Positions 54,340 through 64,000 of a stretch of DNA of 64,000 nucleotides are shown in pieces. Each line of letters opens with the position of its first letter. The stretch's first letter is position 1. The notes beneath the pieces were generated by a model. It did not search any database. It worked only from the letters and a program-made list of their open reading frames with translations, and was not told the origin of the DNA. The DNA comes from Camelus dromedarius (Eukaryota), in NCBI RefSeq assembly GCF_036321535.1, contig NC_087437.1, positions 96,536,001 to 96,600,000 of the forward strand, in the 5' to 3' direction. The translations under genes were made by a program, and so were the position numbers.

Positions 54340-55200
54340 GAAAGGAAAGTACTGGGTACAAGTTCTATGAACCAGACATTCACCACAGTGAAAACCCACT
54401 AGGGAAGAAATGTGCGGGGATTGCTGCCACGTCTGTACTAGGAAAACGAAGGAGCCCGCTAAAACACCCCCTAGTGCAATAGCTGGGAAATTCATTACTA
54501 AAACGCAATAATCATCTCGCAGAAGTACCAGCAGATTGCACACATTACCTCCTGCAGATTCAAGTGGGAATAACTAAAAAAAAGGGTAATGATGGTCGGG
54601 GGAAATTGAATTTTCAAGGCACTTATCTTCTGGGTCATTCTATTTGCATGAGAACAATGCTAGCCGCAGAAGTACAGGACCCTAATGAGTACAGGAGCCT
54701 CTCCCCATGGACAGGAGCCAGGATGGGTGTTGATGAAACCAATCTATCAATGAAATTTTAAAAGGTGCAACAGCCCCTGGCTTGCTCAGAGCCCATGTGG
54801 GTGGGCCTTCCATTTGAGGAGAGAAGAAATTAAGAATGATGACTTGAGAGAGTTCAAAGCACACTCTCCTCTCTGTCAGCTGGCCCTTAATGATAACGTA
54901 CTACTGCTTTCCTTAAAGAGCTTCATGTCTTATTCAGGGTAAATGGTGAAAATGTGGCATTTTAGAACCCATGATGTGTTTTTCTATTGATGCTGTCAGT
55001 GTGACCAGCCGCTAAAGGAAGAGTTGTTTGTCAGTTCCCATTCTCTTCAGTGATTCATCAAACAGTGGCAGTTCATGCATGCAGTATCAGAAGAGAAATA
55101 AATAACTCAACAGCTCCATACTGAACACTCACATATTTTATTAAGCTGCCACCAACCCTGGGGCAATTCAGCATGTCAGAAGACAAACTCTTCTAGGGGA
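54340..55200. promoter_or_regulatory. Putative conserved non-coding element(s)
   Basis: Repeat-free, about 8 CpGs in 54410-54670, several CTGTCA/TTGTCA and TAAT motifs. Confidence 0.4.
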
Positions 55201-56694
55201 CTCTCTTAGCACATACTTCTAGTTACAAACTACTACCTGCTACAATTATTTATTATCTAAATATGAAAACATCTTTTGAGTTGCAAAGGATAGAGATGCA
55301 TTTTATCCCTTGGCCCTTTTCTTTATGTCATGGGTAAACTAGTAATGATGTTCATTATTAAGGTATTCAATTTGTAAACTACTTTTCCTCCAAAGAATTC
55401 AACATGCAGTATCCCCAATTACATATATTAACTTATCTCATATGGTGAGAGTCCTCTGTTTCTCACATGCTGAGCTACATTAGTATCTAAGTGGTAGCTC
55501 TCTAAATCATGGCTGTTTAAGAGCAAGTAATAGTCTTCAAATATCAATAGCAGGGACCATTCCCATGTAGGCTGGATAGACCACAGAGAAAAGTTCCAGT
55601 AACCATTTCTGGTTATCAACAAACTCTACCCAATATTGAAACAAGGGGTTACGCATCCTGGCATGTGTCTAATTCATACACTGTACATTGCCAACTTAAA
55701 TCTTTTTCAAAGTTTTCACTGTTAACCTTTTTCAACCCTGGATCAGTCTACAGGAGAATAACACATAAGTATACTTTCAGTGACTGTATTTACAGGCTAG
55801 GCAACTTTAATCAGATTAATTTTATATATGAATTTTGAGTTGTATTTCATATGTTTCCCTTACCTTTTTAAATATCAAGCAACTGAATTATGAAGTATTG
55901 GCTAAAGGCAAGGCCAATCAGGGTTATATTTCAGGATTTCCTCTGTGTACTATTACTGTCTCACTCCCACAACTCCCATAAGAATTTTAGTAAACATGTA
56001 CTCATTGAAACTTAATATCTAAGTAGCAATGTTTATTCCCCAGAATCAAGTTAATCTCTAATGTAGAAACAAACTGTGTCCCCAAAACTCATTCAGAATT
56101 GGTTTTAGAACACAGAATGCACTTCCTCATAAGTAACAGTTCCCCTCAAACTATAATATAGTGAAGCAAGAAGGTTCAAATCAACTCACAATCAGCCAAA
56201 AACCAGGGAATGCAATTGCTAACAAGTCTCCACTCCTTGGACTCCAATAGCCTTCAGGGTACCTCATCCTTTTCAATGGCAGTAAAGCAAAAGTGTAAAA
56301 AGAACTGCTTTGCTCCCACACAGGAAGCAAGAGAATTCTCCTCCAGGTATAAACTTGTTCTAAGTTTCTTTCTTTGCAATTCTATATGGGAATTGGAGAG
56401 TCATTAAGCTTCTACAATGAAATAAAATAAAACTTTTAGCACACGACAGTGAAGTTAAATATAGTTTACAGCAAGAACATTCAATTATTTTTTAGACATT
56501 TGAACCTTTTAATTATATCCTAAATTTAATCGGAGATGCTAATTGTTAAGTCTGTTATCTCTTACTTAGTAACTTGGGACAAAGCACTGAATTATTTGCT
56601 TATTCTGTTTTAGTGACCAGAAATAAGTGAGTCAAAGAAGAATAAGAGAGGCATTGAGTGATCATCGTATCTACGGATTATGAGAGTTATAACA

Positions 56695-56795
56695 ACATAG
56701 TTTTTAGTATTCATTGTGCATCAGAATCATCAAGAGGGCTTATTAAAACATCGATTGCTGGGCTCCATCCCAGAGTTTCTGGTTAAGTAGATGGG
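56695..56795. mobile_element. MER5A fragment
   Basis: gcatcagaatca...gggcttattaaaaca..gattgctgggctccatcccagagtttctg. Confidence 0.7.
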
Positions 56796-56985
56796 GAAAG
56801 ATATTAGAGACAGAAATACCCTATTCAAATCCTAGAGTTTTTACTCACTGTTTAGCTTAATCTTTATAAATTCTAATGAATCAATAAAAAGGAATACTAA
56901 ACACCAGCACAGATTTGTGAGGATTAAATGAGGGGTTACAAAATAAAAAGCCTGCAATATTACAGGAGCTCAGTAATGCTAAGAA
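56796..56985 (+). mobile_element. MIR SINE remnant
   Basis: ttcaaatcct...ttgtgaggattaaatgag...gagctcagtaatgcta. Confidence 0.5.
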
Positions 56986-57719
56986 TTTATTGTATAAGCA
57001 TGACTGAAATCCTTGAAAAAATTTGTTATAGTTTCTCACATCAACCTGCAACACATAGGAAAATGTTCTTTCCAGTGAATTTCTAATGGTTGATATGTGT
57101 GAAAATTTAAATCAACTGAACTAATTACAAGTTCCCGATGTCATAGGTACATCAGTACATTCATAACTCAACAAGGCAGTGAATGAAAAACCAGCTGACA
57201 TTTAAAGTTCAACTAAACTGGCAACTGATATCAATTTCCGTCAATCAAATTTACATCAACTTAACTGTGGAAAATATGCAAAATTATTTCTATACATGAA
57301 GAGACAATCTTACATTATTTAACATGATCTCAAATACATCAGCTCTGACTGCATTTCCAACACATCTTCCAGCCTACATCAACCCCCCCCGACTCCTTCC
57401 AAAGTGGAGCCTACCCCTACTTTCTCAACTAATCCAGAAAGACATGCAATTTATGACAATACTGGAGGAGAAAACTAAGAAGAAAACCTTGAAGATTTTC
57501 ATTCTATATTATTTATTCTTTATGTTTTCAAGGTCATGACTCCTATTTATGGTCTTAGGTGAAAAATGGTGATTGAGATGAAAATTGCGCTAAAATGATA
57601 CTGAGGAGGGGATGTTTCACTTGCTACTAGAGTTACTCAAATATTTTAGCAAACTGGCACTTGTAGGAGATATGTCTTGATTTTAAACATACAGAAACTA
57701 TATTTGATATGAGTGACAT

Positions 57720-58450
57720 GGTGAGATTGGTACTTTAAAATGACTCTGGCTAAAATATGGAAAATAGAATGAAACACAGTCTAGGTGGACGCAGGTGAGT
57801 CATTTAGTAGTTGAGGTGAGAAATGATGATTGCAAGACTAGCATGATATAGGTAGGGCAGCAATAAAAGAGACCAACTGAAGATATATCTAAAAAGTAAT
57901 AGCTGTATCCATCCTTGGATATGAAAGGAGGAAGAGAATAGTGCCGTGTGCACAGGAAAGTTGTAGGTTCAGTTTGGGAGATGCTGAGTTGAAGAACCTT
58001 TGAGACAGAGAAAAGGAGATTCAAGTAAGCAATTGGGTTATATGGGTAGAGCTCAGAAGGAATATATAGATTGAAGATAGAAACTTGCATGTTATGTAGA
58101 AAGAGTGGCAATAAAAGCAGTTAACAATCAGATGAGAGGTCCTAGAGAAAGAAGAGGAGAGGGCTCTAAATAAATTGAGCTGGACAGGAATAAGCTGTAA
58201 AGAGACAATGAAGGAGAGGTCAAAAAGGTTAAAAAAAAAAAAAAAAGGAAATGCTAGGTCATGGAAGGCACAGAAAGCATGGAAGGCAAAGAAAGAAAGG
58301 GAAAAGGGAAACAGTTAACAATATCAAATGCTTCTGAGAAGTGAAATAAAGACTGAAAAATATGCAGAGGGTTAACAGCAAGGATGTAACTGATGATTTG
58401 CACAAGAACAGTTTAGTAGAGTCATTAGACCTGAATCCAGATCAGAGTGT
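57720..58450 (-). mobile_element. L2 LINE fragment
   Basis: gttcagtttgggagatgctgagttgaaga, gagctcagaagg, tcaaatgcttctgagaagt reverse-strand L2 motifs. Confidence 0.6.
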
Positions 58451-58494
58451 GTCAGTTTTTCACTAAAAAAAACAAAAAACAAAAACTTAACATC

Positions 58495-58978
58495 TGTGTT
58501 AGCTTCCTACTGTGACTATAACAAATTGACATGAATTTACTGCCTTAACACAAATTTATTATCTTAGAGATCTGTAAGATGGACACAGGTCTCATTGGGC
58601 TAAAATAAAGGTGCTAGCAGAGATTCTGGAGTCTCTTTGGGAGGATATATTCCCTTGCCTTTCCCAGCTTCTAAAGGCCATCTGTATTTCATGGCTACAG
58701 GTCCCTTTCATCCGTCTTCAAAGCTAGCAAAGTCAAGTCCTCCCATTATGTGACTACAATTCCTTCTTCTGCCTCCCTCTTCCACCTTACAGACCCTGTG
58801 ATTACACTGAGCCCACCTGGAAAACTCAAGATAATCCCCTATCTTAAAATCAGCTTAATCAGCAAACTTAATTCTATCTGCAAACTTAATTCCCCTTTTG
58901 CCATGTAATCTAATATATTCACAATTTCAAGGGATTAGGACATGGTCATAGTTGATGGCCATTATTCTGCCTTCCATA
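58495..58978 (-). mobile_element. MLT1D-like MaLR solo LTR
   Basis: tgtgttagcttcct...cccttgcctttcccagcttcta...gggattaggacatgg...gccattattctgccttccata. Confidence 0.85.
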
Positions 58979-59042
58979 GCAAAGTCATTCAATATTTATT
59001 GAGCTCTGACCATATGTCCAGTAATCTCCTTCATTTTCCCCA

Positions 59043-59130
59043 AAACAAGCAATTTTAAAACAAACACTTTGAGGAGACATTTTGCTAAACAGGCGATTTT
59101 AAAACAAACACTTTGAGGAGATATTTTGCT
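59043..59130. repeat. 44-bp tandem duplication (2 copies, 3 mismatches)
   Basis: aaacaagcaattttaaaacaaacactttgaggagacattttgct / aaacaggcgattttaaaacaaacactttgaggagatattttgct. Confidence 0.92.
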
Positions 59131-60170
59131 AGGCAAATCCCTCTTCTATTTTAACTTACAGAAACACATGTCATTACCTGCTTTTTCTCTGTACATATTT
59201 ACTGTTTCTTAATGATTTCTTTTATGTCTTATAAAAACAAGATCAAAAAAGAAAAACATGTTTAGAAAATGGTGGGAGATACTTTAAATATACACATTGT
59301 GTCAAGAGAAAATTCATTAGGGAATTTAAAATTAGATTATGTTCTAAGAATTTTTTTTTAAGTTTGATACATCATATTTCTGTTTCAAACCTACTGAGAA
59401 GGAAATGTTTTGTTGCCTTCTGACACTTGAAGGGCTGTCAAATAGATGAAGTAAATTGTTCCATATTGTTCATGTTGACAGAACCAGAACCAAAATCAAA
59501 TGTGCATAGCTTAGGAGGCAGTTTTCTGTTTAAAATAATGTTCTCCTAAGTACTAGACATTTCTAATAATAAAACAGATTATTTTATTAGACGTTATTAT
59601 TACCTTGTGAGTTTAAGTATTCAAGAGAAGGGTGAAGCGCTACCATGACATTAAAAAAATAAAAATGTAAAAGAATCATTTGGGTAGAAGGTTGGATTAA
59701 ATCGTGATCAAATTTCTTCCAAAATGTAGTACATGGATTTAACCTAGATGTGATCTGTACCATGAAAATGCAGATCTCATCTTTTATGTGTTGTTATATG
59801 TCATTAAATTGAGGAGAAGGGGAGCTAAATACATTCATTACTTTACTACTGCCACTGTCCTTTTCCTGTCTAGTTTTCCCTAGTTATTTAAATGTTCTGT
59901 GCATATGATAGAGGAGTAGGAAGTCAACTACAGATAAAGAAAAGATCTTGTTTCATTTTCACTGCTTGAAAATTCATAAAGAAGTATTAAATGTCACAAA
60001 CTATTCACTTCCCAAGACTCATTCTGGTTGTAGTTTTACAATGCTAACCACAGGGAATCATGTAGGTTGCATATTACAAGTACTAGTGGTGAAGGAAAAG
60101 TGTTTGACTTCCTCAATTCACGTAATAACCACATTACATTCATGAAATAAATATGAACATATTTTTAGAA

Positions 60171-61382
60171 GGATGCAACCCACTGAACCTGACTCCAGAA
60201 GAAATAAAACATCTGAATAGACATGCAACAAGCAATGAGAATGAATTTATAACCACAAAAACTCCCCACAAAGAAAAACTAGGACCTAAATAATTTCACT
60301 GGAGAATTCTACCAAATATTAAAAGGAAATTTCACACCCATTTTCACAAACTCAAGAGGGAGACACATTTTTCAGTTTATTTAAGGGATCAGTATTATTA
60401 TGATACCAAACTAGACAAAGATATCCTAAGAAAAGAATACTGCAGACCAATATCTCTTATAAATATAGATGCAAAAATCCTTAACAGAATATTAGCAAAC
60501 TGAATCTAGCAACACATAAAAAGATTATACCACATGATCCAGTGAAATTTATTCCAGGAATGCAAGGTTGGTTTAACATATGAAAAGTAATCAATGTAAT
60601 ATCCCAATTAACAGAAAAGTGAATACTGACCACATAATCATTCCAAAAGATGGTTGCAGAAAAAAAACATGTGAATCTTATATCTCTTAATGTAAAAAAA
60701 CAAACAAACAAACAAAGAAAAAAAAACAAACAAAAAAACAGCCTACAGGGAAAAACTAAATAAATGGAAATATACTGCATATTTATGCATGGGAAGACAG
60801 TATTTTTAAGATGGCAATACTCCAGAAATTGACCTACAGATTCAACAAAATCCCTATAAAATTCCAAGTTCTGTTTTTTTTTTGTAGAAATTGGCAACCT
60901 GATCCTAAAATGCATATCGAATTACAAGGGACCCAATATTGCCAAAACAATCTAGAAAAAGAAGAATAAAGCTAGAGGACTCAGACTTCCCAATTTCAGA
61001 ACTTTTAACAAGGCTACAGTAATAAAGTGAGTGCAGTCCTGGGATGAGGATATGGGGATCAATGGAATATAACAGAGATTCCAGAAATGAACACTTACAT
61101 TAACGTTTATTTGCTATTGGACAATGATACAAAGACAATCCAATGGGAGAAAGAATCATTTTTCAACAAATAGTTTCTTTACAACTGAATGTCTACTTAT
61201 AAATAAATGTAGTTGGCCCCCTATCTCACACCATGCAAAAATTAGCTAAAATTAATTCCACCTTAATGGAAGAGCTAAAACAATAAAACACTAAATCTTC
61301 TTGACTTGGATTTGGCAATGGTTTCTTTATCTGATACCAAGAGCACAAGAGAATACATGACTGATTGACAGATAGATAGATG

Positions 61383-61415
<33 letters not shown>

Positions 61416-62448
61416 AGTCTTCAAATTTAAAACTTTTGTGCCTCAAACAATTCCTTGAATACAGTTAAAAATCAATGAACAGAGTGGGAGAAAATATTTG
61501 CAAATCAAATATGTTATAATAAACTTTAATCCAGAATATATAAAGAAGTCTTAAAATTCAACAATAAAAAGATATATAATTCAATTAAAATTTTGGCAAA
61601 ATATTTGAGGGGACATTTCTCCAAAGAAGATACACAAATTTTTGACAAAAATGTGAAAAGGTGTTCAACATATTTAGCTATTAGGAAATACAAATGAAAA
61701 CCAAATGAGATATCACTTATACCTACTAGGATGACTAGCATCAAAATGACAGACAATGACATTTTGACAAGAATGTGGAGAAACTGGAACCCTCATAAAT
61801 TGTTGGTGGTGGTGTATAATGGTACAGGTACTTATAAAACAGTAAAAAAATTACTTTGTAATTTTTCCTCAAAAATTAAACATGGGTCATATATGACCCA
61901 GTAATTCAACTCCTAGATATTTACCCAACAGAACCGGAAATGTATGTCCAAACAAAAACCTGTCTACACTTGTTAGTAGGGCATTATTCAGAATAGCCAA
62001 GAGGTAAAACAACTCAAATTTCCACCAGCTGATGAATGGATAAACAAAATGTAATAAATATCCATGCGATGGAATATTATTTAGTCATAAAATACATATT
62101 GATACATGTTACAATACGGAGGAACCTCAAAAACATCTTGCTAAGTGAAAGAAGACAGACCAAAAAGGCCAATATATTACACATTGTATGATTCCATTTA
62201 TATGAAATGTCTAGAACTGAAAAATTCATACATACAAAAGACAGATTAGTGGTTGCCAATGGCTGGGGCCAGAAGGGAATAGGCTGTGATAGCTAATCAG
62301 TACAGGTTTTCTTTCTGAGGTGAGGAAAATATCCTAAAATAAGAAAGCAGTAATGGTTGCAAAACTGTGAAAGTATTTTTAAAAAATTGAATTGTACACT
62401 TTAAAAGGCTGAATGTTATGGTATGTGAATTATATCTCAGTAAAGCTG
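60171..62448 (+). mobile_element. Old L1MB-like element (degenerate ORF2 + 3'UTR)
   Basis: Decayed ORF2 motifs (agaccaatatctcttataaatatagatgcaaaaatcc; ccaggaatgcaaggttggtttaacat) and 3' end gaattgtacactttaaaagg...ggtatgtgaattatatctcagtaaagctg. Confidence 0.88.
61369..61414. repeat. (GATA)n tetranucleotide microsatellite
   Basis: Directly visible inside the old L1. Confidence 0.92.
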
Positions 62449-62537
62449 AGATATAAAGTAATCCATGACATAAAGAGTAATACTAATACCAATTTTCTAG
62501 ACATTTGAGAAATTAGAATTGTCACATCAATTCTAAA

Positions 62538-62700
62538 GCAATGCCTTTCATCTTCAATATGCCTCCAATTACCTGAGGATCCTGTTAAAATTAAGATTCC
62601 GATCTAGTAGGTCTGGGGTAGGGTCTAATATTCTGCACCTGTAACATGCTCACAGGTGATGTGGATGCTGCTTGTTTTACTGGCACAATTGAGTAGCAAG
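62538..62700. mobile_element. MER5-like DNA transposon
   Basis: gatcctgttaaaat..agattc.gat..agtaggtctggggtaggg...taacatgctcacaggtgatg. Confidence 0.75.
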
Positions 62701-62709
62701 CTCCTAGCA

Positions 62710-63016
62710 TGGCACTGTCCAGTATGGTAGCCACCAGCCACATGTGGTTATTGAGCATTCAAAGAGGAGCAGTTTGAATTAATATGTCTTGCAGGTGTAA
62801 TGTAAGCACTGGATCACAAAGACTCAGCATGAAAAAAAGAATCTGCGGTATCTCATTAATAATATTTATACTGATTACATATTGATAAAAATTTGGATAT
62901 TGTATTAAATATAATACTAAATTAATTTCACCTGTTTCTTTTTACCTTTTTAATAAGGCTCCTAGACAACTTCACATCACTTATGCGACTTACATTATAT
63001 TTCTCAGACAGAGCCA
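62710..63016. mobile_element. MER33/MER3-like hAT-Charlie element
   Basis: gcactgtccagtatggtagccaccagccacatgtggttattgagca...aattaatttcacctgtttctttttac...acattatatttctcagacag. Confidence 0.8.
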
Positions 63017-64000
63017 ACCTAGTGTATTTTCTCAGTATCATCAGAAAACTGTGTTCCTGAAACTTAAAGGCCAATATCAGTATTAAGAAGGTTCTTACTT
63101 GTCATCAGTTGTAAACAGGCAGGCCATAGTTGTAGCACAAAAGTACTCTGCTGACTGAATACAGTGGATAAATAACAGGAATATACCCAAAATATTGTTG
63201 TACAGTGATTCTAAGAAGTGCTACCAAAAGCAGAGCAGAAGAAAATTATATGAAATGCACATGTTCAAATAATGTAATATAATTGAGTATTTTGCTGATG
63301 TTACAGTACTAGAAAGCAATATGTATACTAGAGCGTAGCAAAGTCAATGGCAAAAGAAATCTAAAGGACAGAACCTAAATGGGAGAGTTCCATGAAAATC
63401 AAAAAGATACTCATGGTAAATGATAAATTTTATGTATATGAACTATGGAAAGGCCCAATATGTATTGCTTAATTTATTCATCCTCATCTAAATATGTCAC
63501 TTGTAAATACAAATTTTAAAGCAAGACATAAAAGAAAGTACTGAGCTGAGCATGGAAAATAAAGTCTTTTTTGCTAATCTAAGATGCACTGAGTATTTAT
63601 ATTCGTAACTAAGCATAAAATAGAAATACTTGAGCATTATCACAAATGTAGTCAAAGACAAGCTGAACAGCAAATCAAAGTGTGATCTGTCAAAACAGTG
63701 TATGTTGACAGATAGTTGTCCACATAAAATTATGCCAGACATCCAAAAGAGAAGATTCACAAGGCACTCTTTCTGGCAAAGTGGATGAATGAAACCTTGA
63801 GGTTGTAACTAATCGCACTCTTAACGTCAAAATGGGCCAGAATGAAAAAGCAGACAGATAATACACAAAGGTAATAAGAACTTTAATTCACCTTCCATTT
63901 TTTTCATTTTCTTTAAGATTTTGGACTTCTGAAAGACACTCATTGAACTAAGTGATATTATACTTAAACACATAAATATAAAACATTGTTACTACTAAAG

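Noticed and set aside
58260..58295. 18-bp tandem duplication (also 9-15 bp doublets near 10139, 25569, 34131 and 39924)
   Set aside because: Ordinary slippage duplications; no array structure, not CRISPR-like
63892..63928. Possible 37-nt minus-strand exon (tctttcag|AAGTCC...GGAAG|gtgaat)
   Set aside because: Weak donor and short pyrimidine tract; low-complexity A-rich content; not supportable without reads

Overview
AT-rich mammalian non-coding DNA, intronic or intergenic, with no intact protein-coding gene I can name. A tRNA-Ala-derived SINE resembling the camelid Vic-1 family, plus no recognisable ruminant BovA/BovB, pig PRE or primate Alu copies, suggests a camelid genome (inference). Most recognisable sequence is transposon debris: old MIR, L2, MLT1, MER34, MER5/MER33 and L1M fragments, and three copies of one younger L1 family. 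Repeat family names come from recalled consensus resemblance, and old-repeat boundaries are approximate. The most notable structures are: (1) a 2.87-kb TSD-flanked L1 with 5'UTR + ORF1 joined directly to the last ~370 nt of ORF2 + 3'UTR, an ORF1-only 'half-L1'-like or possibly spliced element (50897-53768); (2) a SINE and a 5'-truncated L1 inserted at the same target site, leaving three copies of the target sequence (44849-47718); (3) a few very short minus-strand candidate exons, best at 5696-5730 and 9583-9594; (4) several repeat-free, CpG-retaining blocks rich in TALE/homeodomain motifs that look like conserved enhancers. Nothing here demonstrates a new biological system. The ORF1-only L1 is the best candidate for an under-described element.
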